Below are positions 50,085-61,400 of a DNA stretch of 64,000 nucleotides, in pieces. Location of the stretch: assembly GCA_043228905.1 (NCBI GenBank), contig JBHGNT010000008.1, positions 15,190,001-15,254,000 of the forward strand, given 5' to 3'. The translations under genes were made by a program, and so were the position numbers. Position 1 is the first letter of the stretch, and every line of letters begins with the position of its first letter. Source of the DNA: Azolla caroliniana. Lineage: Eukaryota; Plantae; Polypodiophyta. The notes below the pieces were generated by a model, which was not told the origin of the DNA, did not search any database, and was given only the letters and a program-made list of their open reading frames with translations.

Positions 50085-53000
50085 ATCTGTACAGCCCATT
50101 AGTGGTTCCATTCCTTCCAAGCAAGTTAGCAATGTGTTCCTAGCCCAAGTCATTGTTAGTACTAAAAGTACTCCCCCAGTACCCGTCCTAGCACTTTTAG
50201 ATTCCGGAGCTAATTCCTGTTTCATGGATCGAAATTTTGCCCAAGCTTCTCAGATATCCTTAAGAAAACTTCCTTGTCCCGCATCTGTAGTGGTCATTGA
50301 TGGTCGTCCCATTGCTTCCGGGAATATTGTAGAAGAATCAGAACCCATTCAAGTTGTCCTAGGTAGTTTTGTGTGTATAATATCATTTAATATAATTAGT
50401 AGTCCAGAGCATCCCATTGTCCTAGGATTACCTTGGCTTGAGTTACATAATCCAGCCATAGATTGGAGAACAAGAGAAGTCCGATATCGACCACCCCAAG
50501 AATCAACTCGCCGAGTTTCGACCATTTCACTCCATCAACTACGCGAAGAAGGACCCAAGGAGGAAATGTTCCTATTTTCCATATCAGTACATCCTTCCAG
50601 CACTATTAAGAAGGACTCCTCAGTACAACTTCCGGCAAAATATCATCCTTATGCCGATGTATTTGACAAGGTAAAAGCCGGTACCCTTCCTCATCACCGT
50701 CCCTATGACTGTCCCATCGATTTACAACCAGGAACCGAGCCACCATGGGGACCAATTTACAACCTGTCACCCACCGAGTTAGAAGTCCTTCGAGCCTACA
50801 TAGAGGAGAACTTGGCAAGCGGGTTCATCCGTCATTCGAAATCTCCGGCCGGTGCACCCATCTTCTTTGTCAAGAAGAAAGATGGCTCACTTCGTCTTGT
50901 CGTTGATTACCGCGGATTAAATAAAGTCACCATCCGGAATAGGTATGCACTTCCTCTTATATCAAGTCTTTTAGAGCGAGTTAATGGTGCCAAGTTTTTT
51001 ACTAAAATCGACCTACGCGGAGCGTATAATCTCGTGCGGATCCGACCGGGAGATGAGTGGAAGACCGCTTTTCGCACGCGGTATGGGCATTTTGAGTATA
51101 CTGTTATGCCGTTTGGCCTAACCAATGCACCCGCAGTCTTCCAACACATGGCAAATGATATATTCAGAGACCTCTTGGATATCTGTTTGATCATTTATCT
51201 GGATGATCTGTTGATTTATTCGAAGACCCAGGAAGAGCACGACTCTCATGTACTATTAGTACTAAAGCGACTCCGCGAGAATGGTCTTTATGCCAAGCTA
51301 GAAAAATGTAGCTTTGACTGCAAGCAAGTGGAATTTCTAGGCTACGTCATCTCCTCAAAGGGCATCGCCATGGATCCAGCTAAGATCCAAACTGTACTAG
51401 AGTGGCAAATTCCACGGTCGGTACGAGATGTACAATGTTTTCTAGGTTTTGCTAACTTCTACCGTAAGTTTATACAGGATTACTCGAAGATTATTTTACC
51501 TCTCACACAACTTACGAAGAAGGGCCAAGCATTTCTTTGGTCCATTGAAGCAGATATGGCTTTTCGGCATCTTAAGAAAGCCTTTACATCAGCACCGATT
51601 CTAGCTCATGTGGATACAAGCAAACCATTCATCATGGAGGCCGACGCATCAGATTTCGCCCTCGGTAGCATCCTTTCTCAACAAGGTGATAAAGAAGAGT
51701 TGCATCCGGTGGCTTTCCATTCGCGCAAATTCGATGTCGCAGAAATCAACTACGAAATACATGACAAGGAGTTATTAGCCATCGTGGATTCATTTGTACA
51801 ATGGCGGCATTTCTTAGAGGGCTCTCCACATCAGGTCATTGTCTTCAGCGATCATAAAAATCTTGCTTATTTTCAGAACGCTCGCGTACTAAATCGACGG
51901 CAAGCTCGGTGGGCGCAATTCCTCATGCGTTTCGACTTTAAAATCACATATCGACCGGGGAAGCAGCAAGGAAAAGCAGATGCACTATCACGACGTTCAT
52001 ATCTTGCACCTCGTCCTGGTGAAGCAACATTTGATAATCAAAAGCAAGTAATCTTGGGACCAACACGATTGCACACGACGCGGATTTTTCACACCCCGAT
52101 GGATTCACGGATTACCGATGACATACGTGCAACCTTGAAGACGGATAGTTTTGCTCAAGACATCCTGGCGCACATTGATACTTCTCGGGCATCCTGTTCT
52201 CAGTCTCAACAACCAGGTATTGACTACCGACAATTCGAATATCATGATGGTTTGTTATTCTTTAAAAAGCACGTATATGTCCCCGATTGCTCCTGTCGCC
52301 TTCAAATTGTCCAACATTGTCACGACACCCATACGGCGGGACATTTCGGTAGTACTAAGACGTTGGAGCTAGTGCAGCGATCTTTTTGGTGGCCCCACAT
52401 GCGCCGTTTTGTCGACGACTACGTTCGGACCTGTGATGCTTGCTGCCGAGCAAAAATGCCACGACACCATCCATATGGCTTGTTGGAACCTTTACCAATT
52501 CCAAGTAAGCCATGGCAGTCTATTTGTCTTGATTTTATCACAGATCTGCCGGTCTCGAAAGGGTTCGATGCTATCCTAACCGTCGTCGATCGATATACGA
52601 AGATGGCACATTTTGTGCCATGTACTAAAGCTATCACTAGCGAGGAAACCGCCGCTCTTGTTATGCGTGAGGTTTTTCGGCATCATGGCCTCCCAGACAG
52701 TATTATCAGTGACCGAGGCCCGCAATTTGTCTCCAAATTTTGGCAGCATCTCTTCAAGATGCTCAAGGTCTCCTGCAACCTCTCCTCCGGCTACCATCCT
52801 CAAACCGACGGACAGGCGGAACGAACAAACCAAACGCTGGAGCAATATCTCCGGTGCTTCCTGAGTTATCAACAGGACGATTGGGCCGAGATTCTCCACT
52901 TTGCGGAGTTTGCGTATAATAATGCTATTCACTCCTCGACTCGGGTCTCCCCATTTTTCGCTTATACCGGTTTCCATCCTCGCTGGTCGGTGATCGACAC

Positions 53001-53610
53001 TCCGGAGCTACCTACCAACCCTCGTGCCGAGGATCATTTGGAGAGGCTACGCAAGATCCAGATGGATCTCTCTACTCACCTTCGTCATGCTCAACACACA
53101 CAGAAGACTTATGCGGATCGTCATCGGATTCCCTCCTCTTTTGCCATCGGAGATCGAGTATGGCTCTTACGTCGTCACATCAAGACTACTCGACCGTGCG
53201 ACAAGTTGGATTATCGACGACTCGGTCCTTTCCGTATTACGGGGAAGATTAATGACGTCACCTTCCGCCTTGATCTCCCTCCGCAGCTTCAGATACATCC
53301 GGTTTTCCATTGTTCTCTTCTTGAACCTTATAAAGCAAACACCATTCCCGATCGTGTGACACCACCGCCGCCCCCACTGGAGTTGGACGCCGGCCCGGAG
53401 TATGAAGTTGCTGCCATCCTCGATTCCAAACTTGTTCGCAACAAACTCTATTACTTGGTCGATTGGCTCGGTTATAGTCCGAGCGAACGTACTTGGGAAC
53501 CCGTCGAGAATGTTGCCAATGCACAAGATCTTCTTGCTGATTTCCACCGAAAGTATCCGGACAAACCCGGTCCGCAAGTAGCGCTGACTCGTTCCACTCG
53601 TCGTCTTTAA
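50038..53610 (+). CDS. pol: Pol (protease, RT, RNase H, integrase, chromodomain) in the -1 frame relative to gag
   Basis: LLDSGA, MPFGL, YLDD, DASDFALG, HHCC/DDE integrase and C-terminal chromodomain; 1190 codons open. Confidence 0.97.
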   Translation: MSPAKIGAIWLDSSPRSVQPISGSIPSKQVSNVFLAQVIVSTKSTPPVPVLALLDSGANSCFMDRNFAQASQISLRKLPCPASVVVIDGRPIASGNIVEESEPIQVVLGSFVCIISFNIISSPEHPIVLGLPWLELHNPAIDWRTREVRYRPPQESTRRVSTISLHQLREEGPKEEMFLFSISVHPSSTIKKDSSVQLPAKYHPYADVFDKVKAGTLPHHRPYDCPIDLQPGTEPPWGPIYNLSPTELEVLRAYIEENLASGFIRHSKSPAGAPIFFVKKKDGSLRLVVDYRGLNKVTIRNRYALPLISSLLERVNGAKFFTKIDLRGAYNLVRIRPGDEWKTAFRTRYGHFEYTVMPFGLTNAPAVFQHMANDIFRDLLDICLIIYLDDLLIYSKTQEEHDSHVLLVLKRLRENGLYAKLEKCSFDCKQVEFLGYVISSKGIAMDPAKIQTVLEWQIPRSVRDVQCFLGFANFYRKFIQDYSKIILPLTQLTKKGQAFLWSIEADMAFRHLKKAFTSAPILAHVDTSKPFIMEADASDFALGSILSQQGDKEELHPVAFHSRKFDVAEINYEIHDKELLAIVDSFVQWRHFLEGSPHQVIVFSDHKNLAYFQNARVLNRRQARWAQFLMRFDFKITYRPGKQQGKADALSRRSYLAPRPGEATFDNQKQVILGPTRLHTTRIFHTPMDSRITDDIRATLKTDSFAQDILAHIDTSRASCSQSQQPGIDYRQFEYHDGLLFFKKHVYVPDCSCRLQIVQHCHDTHTAGHFGSTKTLELVQRSFWWPHMRRFVDDYVRTCDACCRAKMPRHHPYGLLEPLPIPSKPWQSICLDFITDLPVSKGFDAILTVVDRYTKMAHFVPCTKAITSEETAALVMREVFRHHGLPDSIISDRGPQFVSKFWQHLFKMLKVSCNLSSGYHPQTDGQAERTNQTLEQYLRCFLSYQQDDWAEILHFAEFAYNNAIHSSTRVSPFFAYTGFHPRWSVIDTPELPTNPRAEDHLERLRKIQMDLSTHLRHAQHTQKTYADRHRIPSSFAIGDRVWLLRRHIKTTRPCDKLDYRRLGPFRITGKINDVTFRLDLPPQLQIHPVFHCSLLEPYKANTIPDRVTPPPPPLELDAGPEYEVAAILDSKLVRNKLYYLVDWLGYSPSERTWEPVENVANAQDLLADFHRKYPDKPGPQVALTRSTRRL

Positions 53611-54536
53611 GGGGGAGATAGTGTCATGAGATGGCAAGACTCGAACCCATGACCTTATGGTATATGGGTCGAGCTCTTAACCATCTCACCATCTATTGTA
53701 ATTCATAGAATATTATTTTCATTTATGTTTTATTATAAGAAAGTAATGTATATTCCAGATTTCTCTGGAACATTCTAGAAGCTTCAGGATTATTCCTGAG
53801 AACACTATAAAAGAAGGCACTAAGCATTATGTTGAACCAAATTGGTTCAACACCAGTCTTAAGCCTCTTAGTCGATTTGTACTTATCTTTCATATAATAT
53901 AAGAGCTGCTGTCATCATCCTATCTCTCTCTCTCTCTCCTCTTCTCACTTCCTCTCTCTCGGGAATCTTACGCAGTCCCGTCCTCTTAGTACTAATAGTA
54001 CTACTCTTCTTAGTACTAATTCCATCTCTGTTTTAGTACTATTCCTGACAGTCTGTTCTTTTCTGGAAGTTAGGGTTTGTCCGTTTCAAGTAGTTGTCGT
54101 CAGCAGAGGTTCTCAACCCTCCCACTCTGATACCATGAAAATGTTAATATGCGGAAATTTTAATAAAACGGCTCAGTCGGATAGCAACAGAATATTGACA
54201 GGTTTAATGGAAGCTTAGAATACACAGTACACGGGAGAGACAAAGAGAGCAGAACAAATAAACTAAATTCAAAATAATAACACTCTATGTACATACAAAT
54301 ATCCTACATAACCCTTTTTATACAACTCCTTAAAATGAATGGCAGAAGTATTGATAGGTACTTCAATGCTCATATGAGTGACTGACAATGACTCCCAACA
54401 ATACGCTTACGTACAATGCTCATATGGTTACAATCCGGTCAGTCTCTCCGTTCCGGCTCCTGGTTCCGGATATCGATCCGGTTCTTCGTTCCAGAATCCA
54501 ATCCGGCTTTGGTTTATTGAGCTTGTCTGCTCAACA

Positions 54537-55195
54537 TTCTTCAATCGGCAAACTACCGAGGTGTTCCGTTCGGATAGAAATCCAAGGGTTGTACCATGTA
54601 AACTTGTTCCTCAAGATCGCCTTGCAAGAACGCATTCTTCACATCCATCTGATGTAAGTGCCACCCCTTTGCCGCCGCAACCACTAGCAATACATGGACA
54701 ATAGTCATCTTCGCGATCAGCACGAAGGTCTCATCATAATCGATGTCGTGTTTCTGCGCATGGCCCTTTGCCACTAATCAGGCCTTATATTGGTTGACCA
54801 AGCCATCGGCATTGTACTTGACCTTGTACACCCACCTGCATCCGACCAGCTTCACACCCTTGGGGGTGTCAACCAGGTCCCAAGTCTCGTTCTCGATTAG
54901 CGCGCGCATATGTTCTTCAATAGCAACATACCAATTCGAGTCCTTCGCCACTTCTGCGTAGCTCTCCAGCTCACACACATTTGCCACCTTCTCCATATAC
55001 GCATAATGATGCGCCATATAATCATTGTACCCATACCGAATTACGGGATGCTTCTCACGTTTGGATCAACGTAACATCTCAATCAATTTCGACCGCGTTT
55101 TCGAGGGTTCTTTTTTGGCCCTGGCCATGTCGGATTCTCTTCGATCCGATATTTCAGCCTGAGTGCCATAATCCTGTGCCTTCATCTTTCCCTTC
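54537..55195 (-). pseudogene. Copia RT fragment
   Basis: [42 protein letters not shown]. Confidence 0.9.
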
Positions 55196-55198
55196 ACC

Positions 55199-56680
55199 TT
55201 GCATGTAAATCGTCCCCTCAGTTTCTGGCATGGGGACTATACGTTCTTGGTAGTTGAGGACCGATTTACCAAAATGGTGCATTTTATACCATGTTTCAAA
55301 GCCATCTTAGGCTTAAAGACAATGAATCTAATTTTGGCGAATTTTGTGCGCCTCCATGGGTTTGCTGATAACATCATCTCCGATTGTGGTGCACCACTTA
55401 TTTCCCATTTTTGGAAACGTCTCTTCCATATTCTCGACACCACCACCAAGTTATTGATGACATTCCATCCACAAATAGACGGGCAAATGGAATGCGTAAA
55501 TCAGGTACTAGAGCAATATCTTCGATGTGTGGTGAGTTACCAACAAGACGATTGGACTAAGTTCCTCCCATTGACTGAATTCTCTTATAATAGCACCCTT
55601 CATTCATCCATCGACACCTCCCCATTCTTTGCCAACTTTGGTTTCCAACCTCACTTCAACATATCCCTTCCCTCTGGTTCGGTGAAAACCGTGGCAGAAG
55701 AGCGGGCACCTCGTCTAAAAGAAATCCACCAAAATCTAACTCTTGAGCTCGTTAATGTGCAAGACCGACAAAAGGCAATGGCCAACCATCTACGGGCTTC
55801 GGCATCCAACTTTCAAGTAGGTGACATGGACTACCTACTACGGCACAATATTATGACCACTCGTCCATGTGCCAAGCTAGATTACATAAAATTGGGCCCC
55901 TTCCGCATCTTTACCTTCCTCCACACTATCACGTCCATGATGTTTTTCATGTATCTCTCTTGGAGGTTTACCATCCCTCCGTACTTCCCGGACGGCAACC
56001 CGCTCGACCATCACCCACCGAGTTGGAGTTTGGCAATGAGTATGAAGTTGAAGAAATCCTTGACTCCAAGCTTCTACTTCGAAAACTCGATTATCTGGTA
56101 CCCTAGAAAGGATACCCGATATTTGAAGCTACTTGGGAACCTCACCACCATTTGACGAATGCAACCGAGGTAGTTCGTGATTTCCATCTTCGTTATCCAC
56201 ACAAGCTTGTGCTAAACATGGGGGATAATGTCACAAACATGGCAACGGTCATCTCAAGGTTTGAACTCGTGACCTCTTGTGTTATAATCAAGTGTTATGT
56301 GTTAACCAACATGTCCAATATACAGTTATATGCATAATTGTTCCTTGTAGCATTAAGCTAGCATCATGAGCTTAATTGCTCCATTGTATTATTCACACTT
56401 GGCACATGCATGCGTACATACATGCTCAAGTGTATCACATGCACGCAACAGGCATGCATGCCTCTTAGTATAAATATTTGAGTTCACCTTGAATGAAATC
56501 AAGGTGAACAAGACTAGTTAATGATACTTGCTCCTTAGCTTTTCAATCGTCTGTTTGTAGCACTTTTAGGCTTGTCGATCGCATCCTTGTAGTTCCGATT
56601 CTTCTTTCCTTGATATTAATATCCGATTTCATTAGTATCCTAATCTTTTCACCTTGCTTGTTTATGGTTTCTTAAAGACA
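55199..56680 (+). mobile_element. Decayed chromovirus 3' fragment (integrase, chromodomain, PPT, LTR ~56229-56680); element C
   Basis: DRFTKMVHFIPC, HPQIDGQ, HDVFHVSLLE and EYEVEEILDSK. GGGGGATAA-TGTCAC at 56220-56234. Putative LTR end ...AAGACA at 56680. Confidence 0.82.
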
Positions 56681-56838
56681 AATCAAGTGACTCATAATCA
56701 TTTTGTCCATTGTGGTTGAGTTTATTGCATTGGTGTCAAGAATCGTTGGTGATATTGGCTCATTATACATCATACTCCCATTTTTTGTAAATGCCTTATG
56801 ACGGTTGGCCATTCGAGGAACAAAACCCATGAGAAGTA

Positions 56839-57229
56839 TGTAAAAGAATATGTGTGCAAGTACACAGTTAGTTTTTGGAAACTCAACACTTAGGTATACA
56901 CAGAGAATGGATAAACAGTGAGAGAGACAGAGAGAGCAGACAACAACTTTCTATTACGAATAATGAACACTCTGTATATACATAGTCCTCAGTGAGCACG
57001 TTTTATACAAGTCCTGACAAGTGGGCTGACCCAAGTAACATCAGTACTTGACTGCTCATAAATGAGTCTGACATTAATTCTTCCTACAATATTCCTATTT
57101 ACTATAATTGGAATATAGGCCCTCAATGACCTTCTAGAATCGTTTGGACTTGTCTCACCCGAATCTAACTCTATTCGATTCAGAGGCTGCTTCAGCCGAG
57201 TCGGCCCATGTTGAGCTTGTCTCTCAACA
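56839..57229 (-). mobile_element. Solo LTR
   Basis: TG...CA ends with TSD AAGTA (56834-56838 and 57230-57234). Related to the LTR at 54136-54536. Confidence 0.85.
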
Positions 57230-57744
57230 AAGTATACCTCTGAAACCTACTAGCTTTAGTTGATTACAAAACCAATCTTCTTAGATCATATCGTAGATCT
57301 TGGGGTGAGCTTTCATTCGAGCCATATCTTAACAAAATCGGACCTAGTATAACAAAGGAATAGCTAAAATAGACTTGAAAACAGAGAAAGAAAGAAAGAA
57401 AGAAAGATATATTAACATCTTCTAAGGCCAAAATTGTCCCATGATACAAATGTTTTACAACAAAAAATGGGATATTTACCCATTCATCGAAAGTAAAAAA
57501 TAAAAATAAAAATAAGATAAAAATAGAGTTGTAAGCTAAATAGTTCTAGTAAAATAACAAACATGTTCTATATAAAAAACATGTTCTACAATGGAAATGA
57601 TGTTATACTAGGCCTAATTTCATTTCCATTGAAGTCTCTCGAAGAGAAGTGGGAGGTCAAAGGCTTTCGATGTGGATGTGGCCTGTGGTCCAAATGTAAA
57701 AGATACCCCAACCATAGCTTCTAGTCGACGTAGCTCACGTTCCC

Positions 57745-58418
57745 TTATCTTCTTAATCTTTTATACTCTATGTCAACTTGTTTTGAAGGCCAACATCCGA
57801 GGGGTTTGGTTGTTCTTTGCATTTCTGCTTCCTCAAGAGAGAGGCCGAATAGCGTAAGTGTATACACATTCATCGTCTCCCCTTGTTCCGGAAAATTTTC
57901 ACTAGTTACATGTTGATGAATAGTAAAAGGGTTATGGTTAACACTTTGTAATTTATTCTCCCTATGTTGTTTTAGCTCTAAGATATACCTACCTAGTCTC
58001 TTTACATCCGAGGTATCTAATAGCTTGAAGAGGGTGGGAGGGGGTACTAATATGTCTTGGTATTCTGCCCGTATCTTGGCATAAGTTGCGCACTTGCATG
58101 TGAAGTGATACTCATCCTTTATCTCTATGTGGCATAACCTACATAGCCTTTCCTCTCTAGGGACTCTATTAGCCCGACCATTCTCAATCTCAAGTCGGTG
58201 AGATGATATCCTAAGTTGTCCAATGGCCACCCTTAGTGCATTTGATAAGAATGTATCTAGATATCTTGGTCGTGTAATAAAACCTAACTTAGAGAAGTGC
58301 AAGAAGTGTTCCATATAGTACAACATTTTAGATGGGAGGGCCTCTCGTGGGGTGATCCATTGATATCGAGTGTAAATTTTCCATATTTCTTGGCGTATCA
58401 CTTTATTACGGTCTTCAT
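57745..58418 (-). mobile_element. Non-LTR retrotransposon (LINE, RTEX-like) ORF2 C-terminus; probably continues at 63805-64000
   Basis: LRISSHRLEIENGR...PREERLCRLC...DEYHF..KC..Y..IR, a CCHC thumb/zinc-knuckle pattern typical of LINE ORF2 ends. Confidence 0.75.
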
Positions 58419-61400
58419 TGTTAGGATCTCGGTCCCTCTAGATGGGATGATGAAGGCCCGGTGAGAACCGGATGATGCAGACACGGTGAAAACCGGATAA
58501 TGAGTACCTGGCAAGGAAGACCTGGTGAGAACCGGATGTTGCAGGCCCGGTGAGAACCTCTCACCGGATGAAGGGACATATATGTAAATATATTCCAGAG
58601 AGCCCATTGGGGGTTATATTTGTAAATAGCCCGAAAGTCATATTACTATAAATATGACCTAGGGCAAACTCTTGGCTGTTGTTGTCATTATTTGTTGTAT
58701 AGAGTTATTGGTGTAACTGTTGTACAGAGTGTAGCAGAGCGAAAGAGAGAGAGAAAGAGACAGAGACAGAGTGTGTCTCTGTTGTAACCGCCACTAGGCA
58801 AAGATTGTGAGCACGAGGTCGTTGCCTCTGTGTTCCCCTGTTGTATTCCTCTTAGACATAGTGATAGTTTGGAGCTTGTGGGCTCCCGTGGTTTTTCCCG
58901 TTTAGGGTTTTCCACGTAAACATATTGTTTACTCTCTTTTCAATGTTTCCTTTTTTGTGTGTATACATGCATCTATCTCCACATTCCCATTTCTGTGTTT
59001 GTAATTATCAACGATGTAATCGAAGACTCGGTTGTGGCCGAGCATTATTCCGCATATTCTCAACAAATTGGTATCATAGCGAAACGACACAGAAAATGGA
59101 AGATTCGTTTGGAGGCATGTTCAAGCTCATCGGCTCCAACTACTCAGTGTGGAAGTAGAAGATGAGGGACATGCTCGTGGTTAAAGACCTTTCCTTGCCA
59201 GTTCAGTTCGGGGACAAGAGACCGGATAAGATCGACGCCACGGTGTGGGAGGTAATGCACATGAAGACAACGGCATACATCCGATGTTTCATCGACATGA
59301 GCTTGTACAACAACTTTAATGAGGAGATCAAGGCTCATGAGCTCTGGGAGAAGATCGACATTATGTTTCAGAACAAAAAGGTTGTTAATCGGGTTTCGGT
59401 ATTCCGGACGCTAGTAAGACTCTAGTACCAAGATGGCTCCAGCATGGCGGAGCACATGAATGCCTTCCTAGGGCTGATTCACCAGGCAACATCGTTGGAA
59501 GTACCTCTTGCCAATAAGGTACTAGCACTGCTCTTGCTTAGTTCCCTCCCTGATAGTTGGGAGAAGTTGGTTGTCACTTTGGGCAACGCCGGGCCGAAAG
59601 GAAAACAGTTATCCCTAGCAAGAGTCAAGTCAAGCTTGCTAGAGGAGTAGGCGTGTTGGAAAGACAAGGATATGAGCTTCGACTCCAAAGCACTCTTTAC
59701 CGAATCGGAAGGCGGAAGACAAAGGAACCAGAGTCCCCAGAATCGGGAAAAGTTGGGGACACGGTCAAAGGCAAGGGGAAGGCCCACTTGCTTCTATTGT
59801 GGGAAGTCGGGGCACTTCCAAAAGAACTATCGGCATTTCCGGAAAGAGAAGGAAACCAACAATACCGATTCGAAGTGGTCACCGGACTGGAACGGTAAAG
59901 ACCGGAGGGGACTGGACTGGAAGGGAGCGACGGCAATCGCGGCGAGTGAAGAAGAGTTGATGCTCGTCCCCGAGGAGAGTGAGTTGAACCTTGTCGCCGA
60001 CGAGACAACGTGGGTTGTCGATTCCGGAGCGTCATTCCACCTGACCCGAATTGGAAATGCTTCTCATCCTCCACAACCGGTGATCACAGTTGTGTCCGGA
60101 TGGGGAATGGAGGTACATGCCGAATTGTTGGCATAGGAGATGTGTGGCTGACAGCACCAACCGGATGCAAACTGCTGCTGAAGGATGTCTGACACGTTCC
60201 GGAGGTTCAACTGAACCTGATATAAGCCGATCAGCTCGATGATGAAGACTACACGGGTAGCATCCAGAATGGTGTCATGAAGTTCAGCAAGGGGAGCCTG
60301 ATAGTGGCTCGAGCCCGGAAGGTCAACACACTGTACTTGATGAATGCCCGTATATGTTCGGAAGAAGTGAATGTTGCATCCGACACTGCCGGTGAGCTGT
60401 GCCACAAGAGACTGTGTCACATGAGTGAGAAGGGGATGAAAAGGCTTGCTAATGCCAACCTCATTCCGGTGAAGGACGTGCATCTTGAGAGATGCACTGA
60501 CTGCCTGGCCGATACGCAAAGCCAGACCTCTTTCCGATGAAGGCCACCGATGAGACGTAATGCACCGCTGGAGCTGGTGCATAACGATGTGTGTCAAGTG
60601 GACACGAAGTCACATGTCGGATCGTAGTACTTCGTGATTTTCATAGACGGCCACAGCCGGAAGCTCTAGGCCACACCGTTGAAGATGAAGGATCAAGTGT
60701 TATCCATCTTCAAGGAGCTCCACCCGAGAGTGGAAAGAGAAACCGGCCGGAAGCTGAAGGCGGTTCGAGCAAATAACGGAGGAGATACCGGGGGCAGTTC
60801 GAGGAGTACTGCAGCTCGAAGGGAATCTGGCTCGAATTTATCGTGCCGAAGACGCTGGAACTCAATGGGCTGGCGGAGAGGATGAACCGGACCATAATGG
60901 AGAAGGTCCAGAGTATGCTAGCACATGCAAAGTTACCCAAGACGTTTTGGGTTGAGGCACTGACGATAACGACGTACGTGATAAATAGATCACCTACCCT
61001 TGGACAGAGACACGCCGCAGAGAGTGTGGACCAGTAAGGAAGTGTCTTACCGGCATCTGAAGGTGTTTGGGTGTCTCGTTTACGTGCATGTGGCAAAGGA
61101 CCGGAGAGCAAAGTTGGATGCAAAGTCCCGACCTTGCATATTCCTCAGATACGTCAATGATGAGTTCGGCCACCGAGTGTGGGACCCCGTCGACAAGAAG
61201 GTGTTCCGGAGTCGAGATATTATCTTCATGGAGGACAAGACCCTTGCCGACTAGGAGTTGGAGAAGAAGATAATGAGCTCCGAGTCGACCGGTAAGGATT
61301 GGAGCGATGAGATTCGGACCTACCCGGCTAAGAGTAGGTTGACACTCGAAGAACCGGCCAGTTACGGTGAGGATACCGAACCGACAGAAGAAGGAGAGGA

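Larger units (their letters stand above)
48474..54050 (+). mobile_element. Intact Ty3/gypsy chromovirus (Tf1/Tcn1/sushi-like); element B
   Basis: 429-bp LTRs 48474-48902 and 53622-54050, identical by eye. TSD GTCTG, PPT AAGGGGGAGATAG, uninterrupted gag and pol. Confidence 0.98.
48300..54536 (-). mobile_element. 5' remnant of a copia element (LTR 54536-54136, Met PBS, gag start) interrupted by element B
   Basis: PBS TGGTATCAGAG at 54135-54125. Gag start at 48442 reads MASLLST*KLDWSNYASWLYKMHQCLLGHRYWSYMEG. LTR is related to the solo LTR 56839-57229. Confidence 0.75.

Noticed and set aside
50606-53637. Antisense and alternative-frame ORFs within pol
   Set aside because: They are shadow ORFs of a long coding sequence with no recognisable domains.
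45602-54536. One continuous minus-strand retroelement from LTR 54536 to LTR 45602
   Set aside because: The two LTRs are unrelated, the 5' part has a copia gag and the 3' part a gypsy pol. Best explained by a deletion junction near 48300.
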